From the NCBI GenBank assembly GCA_047628235.1, contig JBLHPA010000002.1:2070-66069 (forward strand): DNA of 64,000 nt, in the 5' to 3' direction. The position numbers were made by a program, and so were the translations under genes. The number at the start of each line of letters is the position of its first letter. Within the stretch, counting starts at the first letter, position 1. The notes below the pieces were generated by a model. The model saw only the letters and a list, made by a program, of their open reading frames with translations. It did not search any database and was not told the DNA's origin. Below are positions 51,734 to 60,756 of the stretch, piece by piece. Source of the stretch: Moritella sp. GTDB lineage: Bacteria > Pseudomonadota > Gammaproteobacteria > Enterobacterales > Moritellaceae.

Positions 51734-52705
51734 CTACTTGCCTCGACTAACGCCACGTGATGTACGACTACCACTATTCCTAAATGAGCCGGTTTTACTG
51801 CTTGTCGCAGAACGGCTTGATTTAGCATAACTACTGGCTGTTTTTGTTGGCGTATAACTGGAGCGACTCAGGCCTGACGAGCCAGTGCGCTTTTTCGCAT
51901 ACGGGGAACTAAATGACTGCCCCTTACGTTTAAACTCTTTTCTGGTTTTAGTTTCGACTGCTGTTTGCTGTCTGCCTTGTTTCGGGCTGGTGTAGCGCGA
52001 ACGGCCATAATCACTGTAATAACTGTAACGTCGGTTATTACTCCAATTACCATAACTAACTCGACCGGTCAGGTCGCCAAACATGCGGTACATGCCATAC
52101 CACTGCCAAAAGCTGGTGCCATTAGGCTGGGTTTGCCAGCCACCGTAGTTCGGATTACCGACCAACTGGCTGCCCGCACCATAATCACTGCCACCACCCG
52201 AACTGGCCTCTGCCTGTTTACTGATAGCGCCAATACGGGCCAATTGCCCATCGGACATATCGGCTAACACATTAATAGGATCGGTTAACGCATCACTATA
52301 CAACCTAAGCTGTGCAGCTTCCTGCAGCCGAGTTAAATTATCGAGCACTAACCCCGCGCTATCCAAAGTGACCGTTTCAGCCTTAATATCATTTAAGCGA
52401 CTGGTAAGCCCTTGATATAACGGTCCCTGAGTCGTCGCATCTTCCGCAACAAGTTCAGTGATACGCGTTAGTTCTGGTTTCTGAGCCTTTAAGATTCGAG
52501 CGTACTCGGTCAGTAACTTAGCGTTACGTACCTGCCCCTGCTCAAGCGCGTTACCCAGCTTATCAATGCCCTGTTGTGCAACAGTGATCTGCTGGCTAAT
52601 TGTCGCCTGCGTTTGTTCTAGTTTGGATTCACAGCCAGCCAATAGCTGCAGCATAAGCAGCAGGCTTATCAGCTTCCATGGTTTCATCATTGACATTAAT
52701 GCCAC
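51734..52705 (-). CDS. Hypothetical lipoprotein with helical core, Gly/aromatic segment and Ser/Arg/Lys-rich tail
   Basis: LLAGC lipobox; GNPNYGGW..SFWQWYGMY; tail ..SSRSATSSKTGSFRNSGSRTSRGVSRGK. Confidence 0.8.
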   Translation of the reverse strand: MALMSMMKPWKLISLLLMLQLLAGCESKLEQTQATISQQITVAQQGIDKLGNALEQGQVRNAKLLTEYARILKAQKPELTRITELVAEDATTQGPLYQGLTSRLNDIKAETVTLDSAGLVLDNLTRLQEAAQLRLYSDALTDPINVLADMSDGQLARIGAISKQAEASSGGGSDYGAGSQLVGNPNYGGWQTQPNGTSFWQWYGMYRMFGDLTGRVSYGNWSNNRRYSYYSDYGRSRYTSPKQGRQQTAVETKTRKEFKRKGQSFSSPYAKKRTGSSGLSRSSYTPTKTASSYAKSSRSATSSKTGSFRNSGSRTSRGVSRGK

Positions 52706-52740
52706 CTACATTTCCTTAAATGGAGAAAATATCCTGACAA

Positions 52741-53157
52741 TTAATCAGGATAACGACAATCTATTGTTCGTAATGAGCGAAGAAATAGCCCCAAACCTCC
52801 AATCGCGAGTACTAAAATAACGATAAGATCAAATGCACTCATAGTGCGAAAACTAAACCGAATAGACGAAATAACCCCGAAGATAAGTGCAGTAATACTA
52901 CCAAAGGTTAACAGCCAGCCAAGTAAATTTCTGCCGCTGTAAAATACAAGTCCAACACCAAACATAAAAGGGATCATGATCATACCACCGGTAACATGAT
53001 AACCCCCTAATGCAGAAACCCGGTATAAACTCGAGCTCATACCGAAATTAGTCGATACTGAGATGGCGTTTAGCAGCAGATAAAAACCGCCGCACATCAT
53101 GATTGTTCCTATGAAAAACTGGCCAATACCACCAGATGTTCCACCTGCACCTTGCAT
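52741..53157 (-). CDS. Small Gly-rich hypothetical membrane protein (about 4 TM)
   Basis: MQGAGGTSGGIGQFFIG start, hydrophobic segments; first gene of the cluster. Confidence 0.8.
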   Translation of the reverse strand: MQGAGGTSGGIGQFFIGTIMMCGGFYLLLNAISVSTNFGMSSSLYRVSALGGYHVTGGMIMIPFMFGVGLVFYSGRNLLGWLLTFGSITALIFGVISSIRFSFRTMSAFDLIVILVLAIGGLGLFLRSLRTIDCRYPD

Positions 53158-53270
53158 ACTTGTTACCCTATAGTGTCATTTTATGTCGTCTTATCTGCAA
53201 TACTGTACGTTCAAAACTACCAAGGTTCAATACCTTACTACAGTTAACTGCCTATCTATTTCTAAACGGT

Positions 53271-53587
53271 TATAATCGAGTAACCTGACACGTATTGCTT
53301 GTTGCTGTGTGTTCAACTGCGGGATAGTGCTTGCGCTGTTCGCATCTCAGCCAAACTACATTTGACGATGCACTATTCATCAATCTTTGCAGCGCTTATT
53401 TGTTGCTCTTAGCGCAATTTACAGGCAGCCTATTCTTCCAGATTAATTTGGCTGGTACTACCCAGAATACTCTCCATTTAATCCGTGTTTTGTTTCATAT
53501 CTAGGATGTAGCGCGGCATTTCCAGATTTTCACTCCACTGGTAGCAAATGCATTGATATCTTCATCTTCAGGTGGGGGTTGGGTATA
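53271..53587. mobile_element. Possible decayed MITE (about 317 bp)
   Basis: Right end CATCTTCAGGTGGGGGTTGGGTATA; degenerate left end TATAATCGAGTAACCTGA. Confidence 0.4.
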
Positions 53588-53653
53588 CACGATACATATT
53601 ACATAAGCGTATGTTACAATATCGTTATTATAAGTGCTTAAAAAGGGATCGTT

Positions 53654-53926
53654 ATGCATCTAGATCTGGATATACGCAATTACTACGAACAGCTGGTTAT
53701 TAGCTACCTAACCGAGAGTAAGCTGGAGCAGCGGCATGATGGGGATTTTATCTCCGATTTATGTTGCCTGGCGCTCAATAATCTACCTGCTCGATACATC
53801 CGTCATGATGTCGACATGGCGTTTTATCTCAGCATCGAGCAACGTAAAAAAATGTATTCTGATGTTGTTACAGCCGTTACAGAGGCGCTGGCATATCTTA
53901 CCACAAGGAACGAGCAGCAAAACTAA
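53654..53926 (+). CDS. ComFB-family protein
   Basis: NYYEQLV..DLCCLALNNLPARYIRH.VD. Confidence 0.88.
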   Translation: MHLDLDIRNYYEQLVISYLTESKLEQRHDGDFISDLCCLALNNLPARYIRHDVDMAFYLSIEQRKKMYSDVVTAVTEALAYLTTRNEQQN

Positions 53927-54051
53927 GCTTGGTTAACACTTAAAACAGCGGGAACATGATACTAATTGTATGCACAGGGAAAAGTAACGATAGGGTGACG
54001 TCCTCATTACCCTATTATTTTTATTTCCCCTGAGCATAAATGTCGCGATTA

Positions 54052-54663
54052 TTAACAACGACTCAACAAATTATGCACCGAATTTCTCGGTGTTTTAGCC
54101 AGTTTTTGAATGAGATTAAATGAAATGTCACTTAAGTTATAACGCTCTTTTATCTCTTGCAGCATAGCGAGCCACAATTTTGTCGTCATTTCAGAATCAA
54201 ACAACGCCCGGTGAAAAGCCCCTTCGGCAGGAATGTTCGCATACTTAATCAACTCACCTAATTTATGACTCGGTGCATCTTGGTATACACGCCTTGCTAC
54301 TAATAACGAACAGCTGAACTGACCATTATAATGACGAGAAATACGTGCCAATTCCGCATCCAGAAAGCGCTTATCAAACGGTGCATTATGCGCAATAAGA
54401 TTATAATCCTGGATGAAATCGGCAAATCGGTGCATCACCTCTTCACAAGACGGTGCCGTTGCTAGCATATCATTACTGATCCCGGTATAGTCGGCAATAA
54501 AGCCACTCACTTGTCGACCAGGATTCATCAACTCCTGAAAGCGACCAGTGATCTGACCATTCTCAATTTTGACCGCACCAATTTCAATCGCCCTATCGCC
54601 CATATCGGGTGATAATCCTGTCGTTTCAAAATCCAGAATAATGAGCGTATCTGCCTTAGACAT
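54052..54663 (-). CDS. DEDDh 3'-5' exonuclease (DnaQ-like)
   Basis: LDFETTG, AHNAPFD, HRALFD. Confidence 0.93.
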   Translation of the reverse strand: MSKADTLIILDFETTGLSPDMGDRAIEIGAVKIENGQITGRFQELMNPGRQVSGFIADYTGISNDMLATAPSCEEVMHRFADFIQDYNLIAHNAPFDKRFLDAELARISRHYNGQFSCSLLVARRVYQDAPSHKLGELIKYANIPAEGAFHRALFDSEMTTKLWLAMLQEIKERYNLSDISFNLIQKLAKTPRNSVHNLLSRC

Positions 54664-54845
54664 TCCCCTCTCTCCTTGTTAATTTAAAAGCCAAAAACTG
54701 ACTTGATATTTCTAATATGTTTAGATTAAATATGTTTATAAATGAACGTTGTGCACAAGCACCAATGAAAATGCTAAAACTGTATGCTAACACAACAGAT
54801 TTGTGTCTACACTAGTGATATAGCTGTTTTATAAGAGGGTACTGT

Positions 54846-57230
54846 ATGTCCGTAAAACCTTTAAGCAGTGGTGACTTATACCGACCAGCAACATTAACCG
54901 AGCTTGCCGCTGAATGCAAATCGACGAAACACTTGCAACCTTTAGATGAAATTGTCGGTCAGGAGCGCGCACAACGCGCGGTCGAATTTGCCATGTCGAT
55001 CAAAGAGAAAGGCTACAACATTTATGCGCTCGGGCATAACGGTCTGGGTAAACGCACCATGGTACTGCGCTATCTAAGTCGGCATGAGCCCAGCGGCAAT
55101 GCCAACGCTTTATTTGATTGGTGTTATGTCGTCAACTTTGAAGAGGCACGTAATCCCAAAGTGCTGAAGCTGCCGCCTGGCACGGGCAACAATTTCAAAA
55201 AAGATATCGACAAACTGATGCGCCGCCTGGTTAAATCCCTACCGCTGGCATTTGATAATGAACTTTATTTTGCTCGTTCTGAAAAATTAAAAAATCAGTT
55301 AGATAATAAACAAGAGGCGATCTTACAGAACCTAACTAAAAATGCTAAACAGCACCATATTAGCCTCACGCTCACCTCTCAAGGTGATTATCAACTGGTG
55401 GCACTAAACAATGACGAACCACATACTGAAGAAAGTTTTAACCTCTTATCTGACCAAGAGAAAAAGCATTTTGAAACAAAAATAGCCGAACTCGAGGCCA
55501 AGTTGCGCGGCATAATACGTCAACTCACTATCTGGGAAGAAACATTTTCAGATAAAATACAAAAATTAGATGAGCAAATTGCCCAAGAAGTATTGGTACA
55601 TTGCACCAAACCGTTAAAAGAAAAATATAATCACTTACCTGAAGTAAAATCCCATCTGGCCGCAATGCATAAAGATATTTTGGAAAACCTCGCTATATTT
55701 TCAGAAGGCAGTGATGACGATATCACGCTCGCCTATGCGGCATTAGATAAAAAGATGCCGCGCCGCTATAGAGTGAATGTACTGGTGTGTCAGAACACAG
55801 CGGGGTTCCCTATCATCTTAGAAGATAGTCCCAGCTACCACACCATCTTTGGCTACATCGAAAATGCCACCTTTAAGGGGACGGTATTCACAGATTTCTC
55901 ACTGATCCGTGCTGGCAGCCTACATCGCGCTAATGGCGGCGTATTGATGATAGACGCAATCAAAGTATTGGAGCGGCCCTATGTCTGGGATGGTTTAAAA
56001 CGGGCACTGCGTTCTACTAAACTTAATTTAAGCTCACTCGAACGTGAAATAAGTCTATCTGGCACTATTTCACTCGATCCGGAGCCCATCCCATTAGCCG
56101 TTAAAATTATTTTATTTGGTGATTACCAGACCTACCAACTACTGCAACAGTATGATCCTGAATTCCGAGAATTATTTCGTGTAACAGCCGATTTCGAAGA
56201 TGTCATGCCCAGAACTGACACCTCAGAAGCCCATTATGCTCAGTTCATTTCCAGTATCGTGCATGATAACAACATGCTGCACTGTGACCGCCGGGCCATC
56301 AGCCGCATTATCGAGTACAGTTCACGCCAGGCAGAAGATCAGAATATGCTGTCATTGCACTCGATTGATATTGCCAACCTGTTACGAGAAACCAATTACT
56401 GCGCCCACCTTTCACACGCCACACTGATCCGCTCTCACCATGTTGAGCAAGCATTAGCCAACAAACAGCAACGTGCTAGCCGTCTACAAGATTATATGCA
56501 GCGAAGTTACATTAATGGCACGACCTTAATTGATACACAAGGAACCGCCATAGGCCAGATAAATGCCCTGTCTGTTATTACTACCTCAGATCATCAGTTT
56601 GGCATTCCAGAACGCGTCACGGCTACAACTGCGTTTGGTGAAGGTAAAGTATTCGATATTGAAAGAAAAGTTAAATTAGGCGGTAGCATCCACTCCAAGG
56701 GGGTATTAATATTATCCGCTTATCTGGCTTCAGTTTTTGGCCAAACAGCTAAGATCCCCCTGACCACACAATTAACATTCGAACAATCCTATGGTGGCAT
56801 AGACGGAGATAGCGCCTCAATGGCTGAATTCTGCGCCGTAATATCCGCATTTTCACAATTAGCATTACGTCAAGATATAGCCATAACAGGATCAATGAAT
56901 CAGTTCGGTCAGGCGCAGCCCATTGGTGGTGTGAATGAAAAAATTGAGGGGTTTTTCGATATATGTGCCATCAAGGGAGCGCTGCCAAGTCAGGGGGTAA
57001 TTATACCGCACACCAATGTGCATAATCTGATGTTACGTAAAGATGTTGTCACTGCAGTGAGCAATGGTGAATTTAACATTTGGGCGATAGAACATGTCAA
57101 GGAAGCGATCACCATCCTCACTGATAAACCGGTTGGGACAATTAATGAAGCCGGTGAATACGCCAGCAATTCCGTATTTGGTATTGCACAAATGCGACTT
57201 AATGCCCTGCGTAAATCCAGTGCCGATTAA
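54846..57230 (+). CDS. Lon-like S16 protease (LonC/YcbZ type)
   Basis: GQERA, GSLHRANGG, FEQSYGGIDGDSAS (Ser), TGSMNQFG..GGVNEKIEGFF (Lys). Confidence 0.92.
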   Translation: MSVKPLSSGDLYRPATLTELAAECKSTKHLQPLDEIVGQERAQRAVEFAMSIKEKGYNIYALGHNGLGKRTMVLRYLSRHEPSGNANALFDWCYVVNFEEARNPKVLKLPPGTGNNFKKDIDKLMRRLVKSLPLAFDNELYFARSEKLKNQLDNKQEAILQNLTKNAKQHHISLTLTSQGDYQLVALNNDEPHTEESFNLLSDQEKKHFETKIAELEAKLRGIIRQLTIWEETFSDKIQKLDEQIAQEVLVHCTKPLKEKYNHLPEVKSHLAAMHKDILENLAIFSEGSDDDITLAYAALDKKMPRRYRVNVLVCQNTAGFPIILEDSPSYHTIFGYIENATFKGTVFTDFSLIRAGSLHRANGGVLMIDAIKVLERPYVWDGLKRALRSTKLNLSSLEREISLSGTISLDPEPIPLAVKIILFGDYQTYQLLQQYDPEFRELFRVTADFEDVMPRTDTSEAHYAQFISSIVHDNNMLHCDRRAISRIIEYSSRQAEDQNMLSLHSIDIANLLRETNYCAHLSHATLIRSHHVEQALANKQQRASRLQDYMQRSYINGTTLIDTQGTAIGQINALSVITTSDHQFGIPERVTATTAFGEGKVFDIERKVKLGGSIHSKGVLILSAYLASVFGQTAKIPLTTQLTFEQSYGGIDGDSASMAEFCAVISAFSQLALRQDIAITGSMNQFGQAQPIGGVNEKIEGFFDICAIKGALPSQGVIIPHTNVHNLMLRKDVVTAVSNGEFNIWAIEHVKEAITILTDKPVGTINEAGEYASNSVFGIAQMRLNALRKSSAD

Positions 57231-57290
57231 TCGGTACTGGATTTATAATATTAAATCTCCTGCAACATCAAGTCACATACAAACCCGTCG

Positions 57291-58196
57291 TTATTGATGG
57301 GAATGTATCAATGTTTTTTGTTTTTTTCTGTGCCGCCACAATGCCTCTACAGAGCAGACAATTAGCCCACACCAGATGAGCGCAAAACTAACCCCTTTAA
57401 CTTCGTCAAACACTTCATCAAAGAGTAATACTGCCAATAAAAACTGTAGTGTCGGTTCTATATATTGAAAAATGCCGATCATAGTAAGAGAGGTATACCG
57501 CACTGCGATGCTAAACAGTAACAACGGCAGTAAAGTCACGGGCGCAGAGCCCGCATACAACATGAATGTAGTCATATTGTTTAACGCATCACTGGTACCT
57601 AAACTGTATTTCCAGCCCATGAAGGCAACGGCAAAAGGTACTAACCACATGGCTTCAACCGTAACGGCTGTCATAGGATCGTATTTGATCCATTTTTTGC
57701 ATAAACCAAACAGGGCAAAAAATCCCCCCATAACCAGTGCTAACCAAGGCAGTTCACCGTAATGCCAGACCTGAAAACTCAGCCCTGCAATACCAAATAG
57801 CACCGCCACCTTTTGCCCAGGCGTCAGTTTTTCATGTAAAAACAGCACCCCGAGTAAGATCACAAACAAAGGATTGATAAAAAACCCAAGGCTGGCAGCC
57901 ATTACCTGCCCGTTAGTCAGCGCCCATATAAATGCATACCAGGATATACTCATAACGCAGCTTGCTAATAAGCACATCAGCAGTGATTTTTTATCCGCCC
58001 AAATTTTGGCGAGGGAGAGTAACGGACAATTAAATAGCCTCATCACCAGTCCCATCAGAGGAATTGTAATGATGATCCGAAGTGCTAGCAGTTCACCCGT
58101 ATCGGCATCCGGCAGCAGTTGATAATAAAGTGGGATGATCCCCCAAACGATAAAGGCAAGCACGGCGAGTGCATTACTTTTGCTAGACTGAGTCAC
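57291..58196 (-). CDS. rarD: EamA-family transporter RarD
   Basis: WGIIPLY, ASLGFFINPL, QYIEPTLQF. Confidence 0.9.
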   Translation of the reverse strand: MTQSSKSNALAVLAFIVWGIIPLYYQLLPDADTGELLALRIIITIPLMGLVMRLFNCPLLSLAKIWADKKSLLMCLLASCVMSISWYAFIWALTNGQVMAASLGFFINPLFVILLGVLFLHEKLTPGQKVAVLFGIAGLSFQVWHYGELPWLALVMGGFFALFGLCKKWIKYDPMTAVTVEAMWLVPFAVAFMGWKYSLGTSDALNNMTTFMLYAGSAPVTLLPLLLFSIAVRYTSLTMIGIFQYIEPTLQFLLAVLLFDEVFDEVKGVSFALIWCGLIVCSVEALWRHRKKQKTLIHSHQ

Positions 58197-58473
58197 TGTA
58201 GCCTCTTAGATAATGATTAATACTGGAATTTATATTATTTACAGTTTTTAAAACCAAAAATGTCGTGATAATGCAGCTTATATATCCACATAACAAGCCA
58301 TAATAGGAGTTAAAAACCAGACAAGTCCAATCTACAGGTTTAATGCATAAAAATGCAAGTTATTTGTAGTCGATTCATGTGGTTACGGAAGTAATATTGA
58401 AAAATAAGTCGGCACAACATACAATCATTTTCTGTGGCGAAGATGGTAGCGAGGACGGGGGAGTCAAACGTGC

Positions 58474-59784
58474 CTATTTCAAACTGGCCAATAGCGGCAA
58501 TTTGATATTAAAACAGGCACCGCCCATCGTGCTATCTGAAATATAAACGCTACCGTTATGCTGCTTTATTATCTGTTTGGTGATGGCTAAACCCAGTCCA
58601 TGTCCGCCACTTTGCCGATCTCTCGCTTTATCTAGCCGAATAAAAGGTTCAAAGATCGATTCTCTATCTGCAACTGGAATATTAGGGCCATCGTTCTCAA
58701 TACTGATATGTAGTTCGGTAGGAGAGGTTCGCAATAAGATCCTGACTTCTGATTCCGCATATTTGTAACCATTACGAATTATATTGCCCACCGCACGTTG
58801 AAATAGCCGTACCGAAACAGGGGCGATGCAGCTATTGTCTGCCTCTAACATGAGTTTTTTATCCGTTTCGAACTGCAGATGGCTAAGTTGCTTGTCCATT
58901 AATGCATGAATATCGGTCTCTTCTAGTGTTAACTGCGTGTCCAGTCGTTCCATCTTCGAAAAATGTAACAGCTCTTCCACCATGCTGCAAAGCTCATTGA
59001 GATCACCTTGCATCCCTTCTAGATAAGGCATTTGCTCTTGCCGGACATTCGAGTCATCGAGCATATCTAGATTACACTGAATGCGGAAAATAGGGGTGCG
59101 AAATTCATGTGCAACCGCATTGGTTAAATGTCGATTACTGCGAATAAGCTGGGATATCCGCTCGGCCATAGAATTGAAAGTATCATTCAAACTCCCCACT
59201 TTATGCCGCATTTTCGTCGGCGCCCTAGCATCGAGGTCGCCATCGGCAAAAGCAATACAGGCATCCTCTAACCGACGTAACCGACGGCTAATCATAAATA
59301 ACACGATAAATGTAATGATCGCCAGTGCCGCACAGATCTCAAACAGCATCAGCAATTCGAGCTTGGCCTCTTCATGCCATAACACTGAATTGGTATCAAT
59401 TTCTATTTTGTAAATATGCTGTCCGTTACCAAAAGTAAAATAGGCTAAATTAGCCTCAGCATCTTCTATAACGATCTTTTCTGCAAAAACTTGTTGCTGT
59501 AATTCTGCACTCAACTCCTGACCTGATTCTGCATTCATGGGATCATATATTTTGAGCGTTAATTCCATTTTATTTGCAAAGTTTTGTAATGTCTCTTCAG
59601 CGTAATCTTGGCCATGATTTTGTGCAATATCCGCAAGGAGGTAACTTGTCGCAGCGATATCTTGTCTAAAATTTCGCTCATCCCATTCATCGGTAGAAAA
59701 CAACGCGGATTGTTCCATAACGATCACGGCAACAAAAAATGTCACAACGGTAATTAAATAGGCCATTATAAACAGTCGTTTCAT
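58474..59784 (-). CDS. Sensor histidine kinase (RstB-like)
   Basis: 2 TM segments, HAMP, AVAHEFRTPI H-box, ENDGP, GHGLGLAI. Confidence 0.92.
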   Translation of the reverse strand: MKRLFIMAYLITVVTFFVAVIVMEQSALFSTDEWDERNFRQDIAATSYLLADIAQNHGQDYAEETLQNFANKMELTLKIYDPMNAESGQELSAELQQQVFAEKIVIEDAEANLAYFTFGNGQHIYKIEIDTNSVLWHEEAKLELLMLFEICAALAIITFIVLFMISRRLRRLEDACIAFADGDLDARAPTKMRHKVGSLNDTFNSMAERISQLIRSNRHLTNAVAHEFRTPIFRIQCNLDMLDDSNVRQEQMPYLEGMQGDLNELCSMVEELLHFSKMERLDTQLTLEETDIHALMDKQLSHLQFETDKKLMLEADNSCIAPVSVRLFQRAVGNIIRNGYKYAESEVRILLRTSPTELHISIENDGPNIPVADRESIFEPFIRLDKARDRQSGGHGLGLAITKQIIKQHNGSVYISDSTMGGACFNIKLPLLASLK

Positions 59785-59853
59785 ACGCTTACCTTAAACT
59801 TGATCTTTTACCTTAAACGGGAGAATGGAGATATCTTTAGTTGATAAATAATA

Positions 59854-60600
59854 TTACCAACGATCAGGGACAAACAGATAACCCTTGCTTCTGACGGTGA
59901 TAATCTTTCGAGGAAGAGCGGGATTGTCGCCAAGTTTCTTGCGCAATACAACCACCTTATTGTCGATGGTGCGATCAATACCGTCGTATTCGATACCTCG
60001 GAGCGTTTTAACCAGATATTCACGAGTGAGGATCTCCTCTGCGTGGCTGGCAAGCAACCAGAGCAGATCAAATTCACTGCTGGTCAGTTTTATATCCTGG
60101 TTATTGAGCCGACATTGTTTACGTGAATCATCTAATTCCAGTTCACCAAAGCTTATCTTTTTAGGCTCGTGATGGGGGGCTTGCTTCTCAGTTTTTCGCC
60201 TTAGTAGCATTCGTAGTCGTGCCAGCAGCACTCGAGGTTGCACTGGCTTGGTAACAAAATCATCCGCGCCCATCTCCAGTGCGGCGACTTGATCCATGTC
60301 GTCTTCGCTGGCGGTCAGAAATACAACCTTGCCACGATATGAGGACTTAATTTGCCGGTAGATAGTAAAACCATCCGCATTGGGAAGCATGAGATCGAGA
60401 ATCACAATATCGGGTTGTTGCTCAATGATAGTAACCGCTGCATTTCCACCATCATTAACGCAGGTAACATCAAAATGGTGGTTAGTTAAATAGCAAGACA
60501 GCAGTTCGCAAATCTTCTCGTCATCTTCAACGAGTACAGCTCGGATATTAGGCATATCGTCCATTGGTAATAAAAACGTATTAGACGGCAAGTTTACCAT
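59854..60600 (-). CDS. OmpR-family response regulator (RstA-like)
   Basis: VEDD, LDLMLP, GADDFVTKP, winged helix YDGIDRTIDN..TVRSKGY. Confidence 0.93.
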   Translation of the reverse strand: MVNLPSNTFLLPMDDMPNIRAVLVEDDEKICELLSCYLTNHHFDVTCVNDGGNAAVTIIEQQPDIVILDLMLPNADGFTIYRQIKSSYRGKVVFLTASEDDMDQVAALEMGADDFVTKPVQPRVLLARLRMLLRRKTEKQAPHHEPKKISFGELELDDSRKQCRLNNQDIKLTSSEFDLLWLLASHAEEILTREYLVKTLRGIEYDGIDRTIDNKVVVLRKKLGDNPALPRKIITVRSKGYLFVPDRW

Positions 60601-60693
60601 TCCTCATCCATATTAAACAAATTAGCAGGGCTCAATCTGAACCATTGCGAGATATAATCAGGCGGACAAGTACACATGCCCACACAATTACTA

Positions 60694-60731
60694 TTTTTAA
60701 CGGCTCTTTTTTAACGGTCATGTTTTAACGA
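60694..60731. repeat. 14-bp-period direct repeats x3
   Basis: TTTTTAACGG, TTTTTAACGG, GTTTTAACGA at 60694, 60708, 60722. Confidence 0.65.
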
Positions 60732-60756
60732 TGACTGAGGTATCAAGCTGCGAGCA

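Noticed and set aside
54780-54795. Near-LexA box CTGTATGCTAACACAA
   Set aside because: Ends in CAA rather than the essentially invariant CAG
56679-56686. ops-like GGCGGTAG (RfaH site)
   Set aside because: Deep inside the Lon-like CDS, encoding a conserved GGS; lacks the nnTG tail
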